From contig NOWV01000106.1 in the NCBI GenBank assembly GCA_003344405.1, positions 186,001 through 250,000 of the forward strand: a stretch of 64,000 nt of DNA, in the 5' to 3' direction. Positions 1-13,561 of this stretch are shown one piece after another. Every line of letters starts with the position of its first letter. Positions within the stretch are counted from its first letter, which is position 1. The position numbers and the translations under genes are program-made. This stretch comes from Trichoplax sp. H2. Its lineage: Eukaryota. The notes under the pieces were generated by a model. It had not been told where the DNA came from. It made no database searches and worked only from the letters and a program-made list of their open reading frames with translations.

Positions 1-113
1 AGGATGTTTACATTTATTTACTAGCTGCTAAGTAGTACTTTCTAGAAACTCTTGTTCTATTCTGCAAAAACTGTTTACAGTAATTAGCAATTAAGTAGAG
101 ACGGTAGATGGTC

Positions 114-165
114 CTGTACAGTACTGTACTGTACAGTATACTGTAGTCCGACTGGGATACTGTAC
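114..165. repeat. TACTG/CAGTA pentamer cluster upstream of the Fos-like gene
   Basis: ctgtacagtactgtactgtacagtatactgtag...tactgtaca; same motif as the other clusters near gene 5' ends. Confidence 0.7.
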
Positions 166-521
166 AAATCATGAACATTGTTGACTCACTGCGCAGACAC
201 TCTAATAACCAATAACTACAGGGAGCGGAACATCAAACAGACACTATCCTCCACTTTCTATAAAAATCTAAAATATCCTCCAACACCATACTGCTTCATG
301 ACTGCTTGCAATATGCACAATTGTATACTAATGAATAGTATAGCACAATGTATAATTTAAAATTTATTATTTATACCCTAAAATAATAGAATTAATAATA
401 ACTATCATTTTGCCACTATAGCGAGCTATAGTGCAGTAGCTCTACAAAAGCCTTTTAGCAATGAATGGTTTGCGAATACTGACTACTGTATTTCTGCGTC
501 CAAATCTGATGACGATCACTG

Positions 522-604
522 TGACGTAACAATTACAAATACGTATTCTATCTACATTAGCATATAAAAATAGAGTTCAGTTGACGTCACCACGCATAAA
601 AATA
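522..604 (+). promoter_or_regulatory. CRE/ATF sites plus TATA-like box of the Fos-like promoter
   Basis: TGACGTAA at 522-529, perfect TGACGTCA at 582-589, CATAAAAATA just downstream (~595-604). Confidence 0.55.
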
Positions 605-1128
605 GATTCAAGTTTTGGGCTTGCCAACCATGTCAACATCGTTTGTTTTCATCCTATCAATGAGTATATAGTATTTGAAACAGCCTCTATTCATATTGAT
701 TTCGTAATGAGAGGATTACCGTAGACCGGCGACAGTATGAAGTAACGAATATTATCAACAATCCAATAGTATACGTACTAACAAGTAGGATTTCTACGAA
801 CTGCACAGCAGTCTATAGTACAGTTCGTAGAATAGTTTACGCCTTGAACAAAACTGCCCAGAAATCATTAGCATAACAAAACAAATTCTATTTTTACTGT
901 ATCGTACAATGTAAATAATTGTTTTGTTTGTTTTTTTATTTTTGGCAATATATATAGAGAGCATCCATGCCTTCATTCAGCGACAGTATAAATAAATGTT
1001 GTTAAAGGGCAATGGGATCAGTTTAGCCCTGTCGACACAGCAGTTATATTGTCTGCAGTAATACTATTAAAATTAACCTTCCCATTTCATTTTAATTCAA
1101 TAACTTTCAGCAAGTTGTCAAGATTGCA

Positions 1129-2553
1129 ATGGCTTATCACTACGATATGACGAATTCCATAAACTATCAAGAGCCGCAATTTAGCATGGGATCACAGGTA
1201 TTTTTCTGAACTTTTATGACAAATAGATTAGATTGAAGCTAGCCACTGTACAATTAGAATGGAATACTGTCGAGTAGGAGTAAAATAACATTTGTGATTG
1301 CTCTAAGTAATAGCTTAAGATAGAGGATATCAAACAGTTATATACAGTACTGTATTACGTAGAGTACAGAAGAGCGGCAGCATACATATAATAGTAGTTC
1401 TACTTGTATAAATGGTAATTGTTCTCGTTAGTAAAATAGCAAACTTGACTTATGGATCATTGTATCGTTCTGCACTTGTATATGGTTACACGGTCATTGT
1501 ACCTAAACAAGCATATAAGATGTCTATACGATTAGTAATACTATAGTTTCTCATTCAATCATGTACAAGTCGCATAACTGCTAAAATAGTAATCACTAAC
1601 TAGCAGTTAAGAAGTTATTTATTACCGTATTAACTTGCAAAAAAACTTCCGTCAAATAGTACTTTACAACTAATTATCTATGTTTTAATGTTACGATACA
1701 CAGATGCCATTCAAAAATTACAATACTATGGAAGTACAATCGGCTTTATACGAAGAAGAAGAAGATGATACAAATATCTACAAGGCAGTCATGCCTCAGT
1801 TTGTTCGTCATAACCTAAAGATGAAATTATTGGCTAGAAACCCTGAAAACTGTTACGATACATTTAAAGTTCCTCAACCAAGATATAGAAAACCTGTTGA
1901 GGTTGGTTAATCTTAATTTTAGATTCTCATTTAAATTTATGATAGATCCTTATAACTTTAGATTTTACGTACAATGCAGTCATCAAGCATAGTACATAAG
2001 TTGCCATCAGTATTTCATTTCATCACAGATATAGATTCTTAGTAGTTACATGATGATTGTTAAAGATAGCGGTAGATAAATTGCTAGCTGAAATATTAAT
2101 CAATAATTAAATGCTATCTATTATAGGCGACTGAAGATGATATGAACAGGAAGAGGCTACGACGTGAGCGAAATAAATTAGCTGCTATGCGATGTAGAAA
2201 TAGGCGTAGAGAAAATATTGAACGTCTAGAAAAGGTACTAAATTTGAATTAACACGAACAAGAATTCAAATTGGTTCACCATCGTAAATTGCAAATTAAG
2301 ATTAAATCTAGAGCTGCTATGCGTGTAATTATCTATTAAGAGTAATCATTCACTTATCTTCATCATCTTATCAATTTCTTAGGAAACAGAACGTTTAACT
2401 GATGTTCAGGATTCTATATTAGAAAACATTGCAAGTTTAACAAAGCAAAAAGATCAGCTTCTACAAATTCTTAATGCTCACAAGTGTGCATTACAAGCCC
2501 AACCTCCTAATACAGTGAGTAGCGCATCTTTGTTGCTACAAGGAATGGCATGA
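1129..2553 (+). CDS. FOS: Fos/ATF3-family bZIP transcription factor (4 coding exons)
   Basis: Exons 1129-1197, 1704-1901, 2127-2234, 2383-2553 join in frame through GT-AG introns. Basic region RKRLRRERNKLAAMRCRNRRRE, then a leucine zipper ending ILNAHKC. Fos versus ATF3 subfamily not resolved. Confidence 0.85.
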
Positions 2554-4335
2554 AATAAACAATCCTCATGAATAACTATGGTCTTGTAGGCCGGTATACA
2601 AAATTAGTGATACCAGAAGATCCTGAAAACTGCAAATGAAGGAAATCATCTATTGTTGTAACGTCACCGAACCAGTACCCATGCACAAAACGATATTTAT
2701 GGCGTTAAATTCTCTCCTAAAGATTTCAATGTTAAAATTTCAACAGTACGTACGTAACATAAAGTATTCTATTTTTTATTCGGCCAATAATCTAATTTAT
2801 TTTAACTCTAACTTTGATACTGGCAATAAGATCGATTCACGAGTTATTTATATTCAATCTTTAAACTATTGTTCCTGTGAAGTTAATTTGAAAATATTTA
2901 TTTATCTTGTACGTTCTTCTTAAACCTATTTTTGTTGCGTTCATTACTATTATCTATATATCTACGAACTCTGATAGCATAAAAGCGTTATATAACGGTG
3001 TTCGTCTGTTCACCTTCGAAAATTCTATCGATTAGTATTTAAAGAATGTCGGTTTTTCTATTTAATACCGCGTATATATTTATTTTCATTTCATGTTAAA
3101 GTAATTTCGACACTCCATAGATCTTTAAGCTTAATAAGAAATTATCCTTTACATGATTTAATTTGTTATGCTTCCACTTCTATTAATTCTCAGTTTATTT
3201 ATTAATAATTTTCTTGTCTCTGTTACGACTCTTCAATGAGAGCGCGATTAATTATTTATTTTCGTAGTATAGTCTGGTGTAATTTGAAATTTAACTTCCG
3301 AATCTATGTTTTCGTTATTTCGAGTCCGATTAATTATTAAATCTTAAATTATAATCAGATAGATAAATTCATGTTCCTGCTGTTATAGTATAGTTTAATA
3401 TATTGTTGGCCATGTAGAAGCTATTATATATAAGTGCGCTTTATAGGGAAAATTACTGTCATTCGTTTCACTTAATTACTTCTTGCTCAAGATCTTCTAT
3501 ATTTCTAATTCAAATGAATATCGATATAAAGAGCGTGATATTAGAATCTATATCTTTGAACCTTATTATCATTAGTATATAATAAAATCTTTCTTTATTA
3601 TTTATGATGTAATAAGCGTATGTCATGTACGTATATAATTGGAATGAGATAGATATTTGGTATTATTTTTCAAAAAAATGTCCTAAATGTTGTATTTTTA
3701 TTAAATGCCAGATTTACTCGTGAATTATATTTATTTATCAATTATATATTATCACATGACAGATCCATGGATATATGTTATTTTATTCCAATAATAAAAG
3801 AATATTCAAGTATATTTTATGCGACAAAAATTTCATGATAATCAAGGCATGATGTCATAGCATTTTAGAAATAGTATATTACATTGTCTTAAGAAAGGCA
3901 TTATTACATGATATTACACTGTGTGTATATTTGACTTAGAACTATTGAACATCACATCAAGAAAGCCTCTGTTATACGTACAGTATATTGTAATCGCCGT
4001 TGATTAAATTATGTAAACATATTTAAGAGGAAGGTATGATACAGTAATAGGTTATTATCTATAAACTACAGTGCTCGCCTACAATCACTATTCGATCCTG
4101 TATTGTACAGTACATTCATATTCAAAAATACATTTGCGCATCGCGCGATTTATCAACTCCAATTTTATTCGGATTTATACAAATTGTATTACTAAGATAA
4201 TTCGTTAATAATATTACTTTATACTAGTGTTAGTAGTGTATCCCTTGCTCGTTATACTTCACGTACTATATTGCATTCAAATTGACGTATTGAAACTATA
4301 GATTCATTCCATAATGAGGATATCCCGTGGGCAAT

Positions 4336-4889
4336 TGTTCAAGATGATGACAAGATCTACAAGGCGTAACAGGGGAAATCAGCTGATCATTGAACAGTGT
4401 TCCTTATTAACCGAACCTTTTTCAGGTCTACTTAAAAGTTAACCCCAAACCCGACTTGAGCCTGATTGGAGAGAAGAATTTCTGTGGTGATACAGTGTTT
4501 GTATAGCGATTGTACTCACTTGGGGTTCGAAAATCAATAATTTGATCGGGTATTATCGGGTTCGGATTGCGTTTTCACTCCATTGGAGGACTCTACCATG
4601 GACTACGCCCTAGTGATACAACGAATACGTTTATAATACTGTAGTTCAGAGCACTGAAGATTTTTGTAACCCTCGCAACATTATACGAAAGATTTTATAG
4701 CAAAACAAGGAACGAAGTATACTCCGTATTTACGTCTTTGAATCAATGAGTCAAACTTTCGTCGTTTCCTGTTTTGCTATAAAAACTTTCCTGCACCATG
4801 GACGTCTCCGATGCCTCCAAGTCCTTACTGACTGTAGTCAGTTCTACTGACTACTTTATGAGCATGATCAGTTATCACTTTATGTGCTC
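4336..4889. ncRNA. Candidate structured non-coding RNA (~550 nt), family unknown
   Basis: Near-perfect ~28-bp stem 4687-4790, enclosing helices ttggagg/cctccaa and ccatgg/ccatgg, hairpins at 4336-4396, 4834-4854 and 4860-4889; no ORF. Confidence 0.45.
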
Positions 4890-4892
4890 GTT

Positions 4893-5038
4893 GTACAGTA
4901 CAGTACATTAAAGTAGTGCACAGTGTACGTATTGTACTATTCTGTACTGTACACTGTAACAGTCGAGATACACAACACAGTGTACTGTACAGTACCGGTC
5001 TTTAGTTTATACTGTACAGTACAGTACAGTACTGTACC
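4893..5038. repeat. TACTG/CAGTA cluster at the ADCK1 5' end
   Basis: Dense tactgtacagtacagtacagtactgtac ending ~170 bp before the ATG. Confidence 0.8.
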
Positions 5039-5211
5039 GGTGGCAACCTCACTTTAACTCAATCATAACATTATTATAATAATCATTGATTGCATTGCCA
5101 CTAGACCTGATTTGCCACCACTTTATTCATTGCTGTTTTCTAGCTCAAAAGGATTTAGCATCTTGGTAATGCGGTCCCTAGAAGATTAATTATTGGAACA
5201 TTACTGAATCG

Positions 5212-8200
5212 ATGAATGCATCATTAATGAACTTTCTACGACGAACCGGCCGATTGAAATATCTCTTTCTAGGATTAACTGGAGCTGCTGCAAGTGCTGG
5301 TGCATATTGCGTCATTAATGATGTACCTTTATTCGGAGTTGCACGTATGGGTTTTACCGCTGCAACGGTAATCTTCTAAACTTGCTACTAATAGATTAAG
5401 GGATTATGTGGTAGATCTAGAGCATGACTAGTGATATCTTTCATAAAATGCAGTTCGCACTTTGCTACTACTTAATTGACTGATTGAAGGTTGTACTGTA
5501 CATACATTAGCAGAGTAATTAAATGATCGTGTCAAGCAATGCCGAAAAGGTCTGAAGACTTTCCTTTCTATAAGATTCTAGCTGGAATAGTAACGGATCG
5601 TTTTGTAACTTAGCAGCGTCGTACTATACTGTACAGATATTGAAGTTTACTCAATTCCTAGATACGACACAGACAAGCATTTTGATTATATAACATGTGG
5701 ATAATTTGTAATCGATGATTATTATAACTTAGAACTTATCTATTATAATTATAATCAATTATCAGACATGACATTACACTACGGTTCGGACTTAGTGTAT
5801 TAGTGTAACGATACTCATATTTTAATGATTATTCGCGACTAATTATGATACATTTTGACAATACTCGGTCTGGAATATAGCGTGGTGAATAAATTAATAC
5901 TGCCTTAATACTCAGTTACTAATATGCTGCATACATACATGAATAAACAAACGATTCCTATATTGATTTCTACTTTAAATTTGCCGGTACTGTAGCAAAT
6001 GAAATTCTATACTGTATGATCCATGGTAAATTTGTTACGTGATAGTATGCCAAAGACATTGGGTAACCTTCATGATTCTCGCATTGCAATTATTGATATT
6101 CTTGGCTATACGCGACCATGATGTAGAGTATAATTAAGAGTCGTATTCTCGGTACGTTATGCAATGAAATGTTTCGCATTAGGATGCTAGCATCTAAAAT
6201 AGACATCAGAATGCATTATTGGTTATTATAGATGCATGCATAACTATAATAATAACTGACAAAAACGCTACGTCAGAAGTACGATAACTGACTGATTCTT
6301 AAAAGTTTACTGAAGGAGCTTCTCGAACGCACCGTTTATACTGTACTAATCATGCTCGTATTTACAACATAGTAAAAGATTAAAACCTTTCCATTGGCAT
6401 TTCAGTGATTCTACCTGTTCAAATCGTTACTCTAACACAAATACAATTACTGTAGATCAGCGATGATACTGAACGCAAACGTATAAATGATAATACTCGT
6501 ATACACATACTGTACACGTATTCAACGCTAGCTATCGAACTTATCAATATTGTTACTTTTTACAATCATGAAATTTATAATTTATAATTGTCTAAAGAAA
6601 AAGGGACAAATAAAATATTTTAGCTTACGACGTGTATGATTATTTCGAATATGTACCCTTATATCAACTTGAAAATCGCATTTTGATTACACTGCCTTAA
6701 ATTTAGGTTGCCTGCGTATTTGCCGACTATAAAGTGACATTATATGGAGTAGATCCTACAACTGATAGATACCGGGAATTGAAATCCAAGGTTACCGTTT
6801 ACTTCTGCATATGTAGCGCCTAAAAATTTTCAGTAATCCAGATATACGAGTATACATATAACTTTACTACTTTAACCAGCATTACAGGAAAAATATTGCT
6901 TGCTTAATGGATTCTTTTTTGATATCTCACGCCAAGATTATTATTTCTCTATGTTGTAATTCTACACGTAAGGTTCATGTTCGGGCTGCTACTCGATTAA
7001 GGAATTTATGTTGCTTGCATGGCGGTGTATACATCAAGGCTGGACAACATATTGGCGCTCTCGACTATCTCTTACCAGATGAGTACGTACAAACCATGAA
7101 GGTTTTACACGATGATGCCCCTAAAAGCAAGCTAGCTGACGTCTTGAAGGTAAGTAGCTAGTTAAAAGGCCCCATGCGGTACCAGGGATCATCAATACAA
7201 GTTTTTCAACTTATACCTTATGATACAGTCGAATGTATCACTTTACAACAACATCGCTTTTATTACATGCACGCGTATTCATGTGATCCGATCTAATGTA
7301 ATGTTAGGTGATTGAAGAAGATTTTGGAAAACCTGCCCATGAAATCTTTCAATACATTGAGGACAAACCTATAGGCGCCGCTTCGCTTGCTCAGGTTCAT
7401 CGTTGCATATTGCATGATGGCACAACTGTTGCTGTGAAGGTACAACATCGAAATGTTAAGGCCTATTCTGATACTGATGTCAGATGTATGGAGGTGAACA
7501 AAGATTTTTACAGAACTGTTATGCCTTTACTGGTTGTTCATTTACTTGCCTTGACTTGATAATGTTCTGATCAGTTTTCTTCATATTTAATATCAACCGG
7601 TAATCTCCTTAACTATTTATTAAATTAAACTATATAATACAGTTTCTATGCAATGTCGCCGCTCGTTTATTTCCTGAATTTAAATTTGACTGGCTAATTG
7701 AAGAAACTAAGAAAAATTTACCGAAAGAATTAGATTTCATACAGGAGGGTCACAATGCGGATAATGTTGCTAAGATGTTCAAACATTTTAGTTTCTTAAA
7801 GGTATCTGAATAAAATATAATGTGTTTATGTCTCTATAAATGCAAAATTTACCGTATCCAATTTTATATTGTCGTAGATTCCTAAGATTTATTGGAACTG
7901 GTCAACCGATCGTGTGTTAACGATGGAACTCTGTTTTGGCGACAGAATTGACAATCTAGAATACCTCCAAAATTCTAAGATAAATGTTGATGAGGTAGGC
8001 AAGCCATTAGATTTACAACTATACCATAGAGAAAACTACGGTATAATTAACTACAGTCTTTATCTTATGATCGATATGGCCGTAGTAAGTGCTTTAAGAA
8101 GCGCGTTGAATACGCAGAAATTGTTTGTTGTTTGGCTTTTAACTTCAATTTTAACGACTTATAAAGGTTTCGCAAATGCTCGGAAAACTTTATAGCGAAA

Positions 8201-9087
8201 TGATTTTCGTTAAAGGTTATATTCACTGCGACCCTCACCCTGGAAATTTACTTGTTTGTAAGAATGATACTACAAACAAAACGGAGATCGTTTTACTGGA
8301 TCATGGGTTGTATCAGGTATACAATTATTCAATATTTAAGAGATTATCTGTTTATAGGAGCTATGACTGCTAATTTAAAGGCTTAAGAGGAAGTAAACGG
8401 TTATGTAGAATTTAAGATGCGATATTAGGCTGAAATTTTATAATTTTTTTCTATTTATTATTTAAATTCGATAGAAACTGACCGATGACTTTAGGATTTC
8501 CTATTGTCGACTTTGGCAATCGCTCATTGAAGCTGATTTAGATGCGGTTAAGAAATACTGTGCCGAATTACGTGCTGGTGAAATGTATCCGTTGTTGGCA
8601 TGCATAATTTCTGGTAGATCATGGAACAGTATCAAGAGTGGTATTTCTAATAAGCCAATCGATAAAGCCGAAGTTTGTCTACGATTAATTTGCACTATAA
8701 ATCGATAATACCTTTAGAGTATCCAATTTTTCGGACTTACTATTTTGATATTAAAATTCTTTGATATAGATGGATGAAATAGCTGGTACTGCTTCACAGC
8801 TCCTACCTGGCATTACAGAGTTACTGCAACGAATACCAAGGCAGATGCTCCTAATTCTTAAAACGAATGATCTACTGAAGGGTATAGAATCTACTTTAAA
8901 GTCCAAAAATAATAAGCAGTCGTTGATTACAATGTCAAAAAGTTGTATCCGTGCTATAGCTAATTATGATCTGAAAAATTCCTCAAGTGTTATGAGCAAA
9001 ATTAAAATTTGGATTAATTTTATTATATTAAGATTAAAACTGCAACTCTATGGCATTTCAGATAAAGCGAATTGCAATCTTTCATAA
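5212..9087 (+). CDS. ADCK1: aarF/ABC1 atypical kinase ADCK1 (9 exons)
   Basis: Exons 5212-5367, 6707-6790, 6973-7149, 7308-7493, 7643-7801, 7878-7994, 8167-8316, 8475-8672, 8770-9087. Motifs GGVYIKAGQH, PIGAASLAQVH, VAVKVQ, ELDF, HCDPHPGN, LLDHG, MLLILKTNDLL. Confidence 0.95.
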
Positions 9088-10527
9088 AATGAAAGTTTTT
9101 TAACCAATTACATCATAGTTACTGGTTTCATTTCGAACTGTTATGATATTTGAGACATTGATTGCTTTTTAAATGGATCTACTAGCATATGATTCTCTAT
9201 TTCTTGGGTTGTAATTATTTACTCTATAAAATCCAGAAATCTACTCTTTTTCAGTGATTATTATTCATATTATGAAGTACAGGCAATTTTATTAAACTCC
9301 GAAACAAAACGTTAATTTATTTATATTGTAGTTTAGTACTCATAATTTAGAGCTCTCACAGGAGTTCAATAATTTTTTGCATCAAAAGATTTTTATACTA
9401 CCATATGACTTACCTTAAGAGCAATATTGGTGTGATTTGCCAATAAAGAACTAAATCATGAAGGCGTGTTTTAAAATCTTTTTACAAAGCATTTAAAGCA
9501 ACCTATTGAATTCATAATATTGCTTCATGTTACTCTTAGATAGATACTATTGCGCACAGTACAAATATATTATATCATAACATGTAACATTTGATATAGA
9601 ATCATGATATTGAAATGGTGATATTCATGTAATAAGCGTAGCATATTCTGATCTTGCTACCTGTTGCTAAGCAATGGCGCTATTTATAATGTGCTAGTTT
9701 AAGCCTGAAGTATTTGCTGTAGCCAATTGAAATAAAATTTGATGATGCTGTTGACTAGATATGAATGAGTATCAAAGTTTATATTTCGAACATTTATTTG
9801 ACTAAACCTACAAGAACGCAAGGCTATCATTGATATATTAGGTGTTCATCTGATTTTCTAATTTATTAAGTGGCGCATTTAATAAAATGAGATACCATAT
9901 AAATACATCTTAAGTATATTCATTAATGCGTTAAATTAATCATTTTGTAAACTACGTGTACAGCATAATGTGTCCATAGTATGACTGTAAGAGATTTTTT
10001 AAAGCCTGGGATTGTTTATTTAGCCTCTGGCCAAAAGATTTAAGAATACGTCGTACAATGTATCAATTCGTTCGTACATATTCACCCTAACATCTGCTCT
10101 GCTGCCCGCTATTAGTATTTGTATTGTTATCATATACAATACAAACGTTATTACTGTCTATTTGCACTGGTTTACGATAAAATAAAAGAAAAGGGGTGGC
10201 TACAAGTCACTAATTGAGCTATAATTCGCACGACGGTATATAACTGGAATCATGTAAAGATCTTCAAGCTGCAATGGTAGAGAAAAAATTTATTAACATT
10301 CCGAGTGAACGCTTAATTTGGTCATGATTCTATTCTAGCTCTGATTTCAGATAAGATTATTCTAAATTTAAGAATTAATTCTGTTAAGAGAGTTTGTCTG
10401 CGTTTAAATGAATCAACAACTTGATTATTTTCGTATAAAATGATTTAGATTATTTAATTATAATTGTCAATCGAAGTTACTAGGGGGTAATGGTATATAG
10501 CAGTTGGAAGATATAAACCATAGCAAT

Positions 10528-13500
10528 ATGCGAAAAATTGATCTGTTTCGTACTCTTCTCGTTTACTGTTCACTAGTTGTAATTAATTTAAAAATCATTA
10601 GTGGTACAGCAACATGCAAGGAGTTTAGCCTAATCAATAGGGGCTCATTTGTATCGTGTACATCATGGAAAATGGTTCATGGAAGTAAATTAACTATGAT
10701 ATTTTCTACTAATACGGCGAATGGTTTAATATTAAATGGATACAGTGAAAATTATCTTGGCTTATTATTTTTCTTAACACTACGTGATGGTAAGCCAGTT
10801 ATTAATCTTATAAGAGGACACCCTCAGCGGAATTCATATAATGCTACTATTTCAAAATGCGTTAGCGATACCTCCAATCACATTTTAAAGATACAGATCG
10901 ATCACAATATCTTTACTATATCGATCGATGATATCCAACATTCAGTTCAGTTAGATAAGCCATTACCAAGTACTTCTGTTATTGCAATTCATTTTGGTAA
11001 CGTTAGATTACATTCTAAACGTGAATTTAGGACTGCTATCGGCAACTCTTATCGCCACTTTAAAATGGGATCAATTATTGGCTGTTTAATGAGTATTAAC
11101 TATACCAGCTCATCGTCTGCAATCGTACCTGTCATACTTAGAATGAAAGATGTTACTACTAGCTGTAAGCCATTCTGTGGATCATTTTATCGTCGATACT
11201 TTTGTTCATCGAAAAAAAGTCATGCGTTTATGAATATCTGTACAAAGAGATCATCTCATGAAAAAATCAAGAATGATCAAGGTACACAACTATTATGACA
11301 AAACTATTAACAATTGTGATTAACATTAGCTATTTACAATCATCGAATGTATATGATACAAATAGCTCACATCTTATTTTATGATAGATAGAGCAGATCT
11401 AATACATTATTAATTAGTAATAATGTAATGATTGGTAAGCTCCCTTTATTCAATTGTAAGGTCTAATTAATATTGATGACCATACATGTCAACATTTTCG
11501 CGATTACAATTATGCTACCATAATAGTATTCATAGATATATGCATATATTATAATATGTACATAATATTAATGGAGTAGTAAGCATAAGTACTTTGATGA
11601 TAAAATTCAACCGATAGCTATGAGGAATCTATGCGATAGTGTGAGAAGTAGTCAGAACTGAAATAATGCCATTATTCGCGAATTTATCTATGGCACAGGT
11701 AAATTCACGAATGTATTTATTCTACAGGTCTCAAAATTGCCCATTTTTAGACTGGCTAATTGGTCTACAGTCAAGTACAATAGCACATAAATGTTAACCG
11801 ATTAAGTCAAACCATGTTCATATCGAAATAAGGTTATCAGTTATATTCAGCTTTAGTTTTATGTTTCTTTCCTATTAAAATATGAAGGCAGGGAAGGTTA
11901 TAATATTTAGAAATTGTAATAGCTTAAGGACAATATACTTGCAAAAGTATCACCAAATGCAGTATGTGGTTTGCGGCAATAGGCTATAAATGTAGTCTAT
12001 ATTGAATCGCAGAAGAAATTTGAAAATCCTGAATTAGTTCCATAATATCTTATCTTTTCTACTAGAAATCAATTATCGTGATTTGATTTATATCTTATAG
12101 CTTGAGATAAAATATCTTCATATCGTTATCACTTTTCATTTCCTTCTCGAGTTAATTGTATGTGGAATTACCGGTATATTTTACTCTTTAAAACTGCAAT
12201 TTTTCACGAATCTTTAATCTTTAATCATCATCGGTAATCGATGTAATTAAACTAGTAGTTTAAATACTTATAAAGATATAATTTTTATGATTTTTTACTT
12301 AGAATTGCTTGGTTACGAATTCACAAAGAAAGAGATTTTGAGGATCCGAACAAAAGCTATTCAGTTCAGATCCATTGCTTTTCAGTTCAAGACTACTCTA
12401 CAGCATACATCATTAATATCAATCTACTCGAGTGGAAGTAATTTGAACTCTATATTCCAAGTTCATATTTTGAATGGTAGATTAGCTTTAAAAATGCCTA
12501 ATATGAAAATGTTACGAATTGATCATCATGGCAAGATGAATGATTACCAGTGGCACTGGGTCAAAATCTTACATCATAAAAATCAAACTTACCTTATTAT
12601 TGATTCAAAATGGTCCGTTATTGAAGCTGCTTCTATATTAAAAGGTATGCTTCAAGAATTTCAGTTGGGAAGTACTGCAATAACGGCTTTCCAAGGAAGG
12701 ATTCGCAATATTGTAGTTAATGGCCGTACGTTATATCCACGGAATTCGATCTCTGATAGCAGTAAGTACAAATTACGGAAGTTAATTTCTTGCGCTTAAT
12801 GGCATTTACCATTAAGGCAATCAAACTAACTTATCTTACGTATAATTATGTGAGCAATTTTGCGTTGTACTTTATTAGAACTCCTAAAATGGTTAAAGTT
12901 AGTGATTTTTAATTGATTGTAGGCCGCATTTTGATTAGAAATAAAGTAAATAAGACTGATAACTTTTAGTAATTTATGCAACTTTGGATTATGATTTTAT
13001 GCGCACACTGAGTATTTATTGACCTTCACTATAGGACAGAAGATTTTTCAATTTATTTGTTGGGATAAATTTGACGACATTGAAGCAGGAGGGATAAATC
13101 ATTTTATGAGTCATAGGTCACCGATAATTCCGAAATGTTCAGCTAGCAATTACTATATCAAGGCTATGTCATTTCCGTTAAGAAACGGATCAACAATCCC
13201 ACCATCTTTTCCTGACTTTGTAAAAATTAAGGCACCAACTCGCGATAAGAAGGAAGATATAGTTCAGCTCGGCAGGCAAAGAAAGATGGAAATTAATGAA
13301 ACTAATGATTACAATGTGATAACTTTTGATCCCTGGATAGAACTAGACAATAATTCAACAATGATATTTCACGTTACCATAGCATTGGTGTCTATAGGGG
13401 TTGCCATTTTAATTGCTATATTTGTGATACCAGTAATATTAGTTATAATATATAGAAATCAAGGCGTTTATCATACAAATAGAAAGACTTGGCTAGATGA

Positions 13501-13561
13501 TATAGAAATTAAGAAGCCCCCTTATATGAAGGTTGCCATCGGTGAAGAGATATTGGTATAA
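10528..13561 (+). CDS. Compact neurexin/Caspr-like type I membrane protein (signal peptide, 2 LamG domains, TM, 4.1-binding-like motif, PDZ-type C-terminus)
   Basis: Exons 10528-11281, 12303-12761, 13035-13561 in frame. LamG signatures FSTNTANGLIL...LTLRDGK, IIGCL, FQFKT...MNDYQWHWV...FQGRIRNIVVNG; TM followed by YRNQGVYHTN; ends EEILV*. Confidence 0.75.

Noticed and set aside
2554-3900. ATTTA elements in the Fos-like 3'UTR and scattered TGA(C/G)TCA AP-1 sites
   Set aside because: Not distinguishable from chance in this AT-rich background
4654-4795. Hammerhead-like CTGAAGA...GAAA
   Set aside because: Stems I and II cannot be formed around the core
5543-5793. RNase P RNA-like P4 halves (GAAAAGGTCTGAA ... 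TTCGGACTT) in ADCK1 intron 1
   Set aside because: Spacing is plausible, but the intervening sequence is AT-rich with no convincing helices or CR-II to CR-IV motifs; likely chance (a cmsearch with the nuclear RNase P model would settle it)
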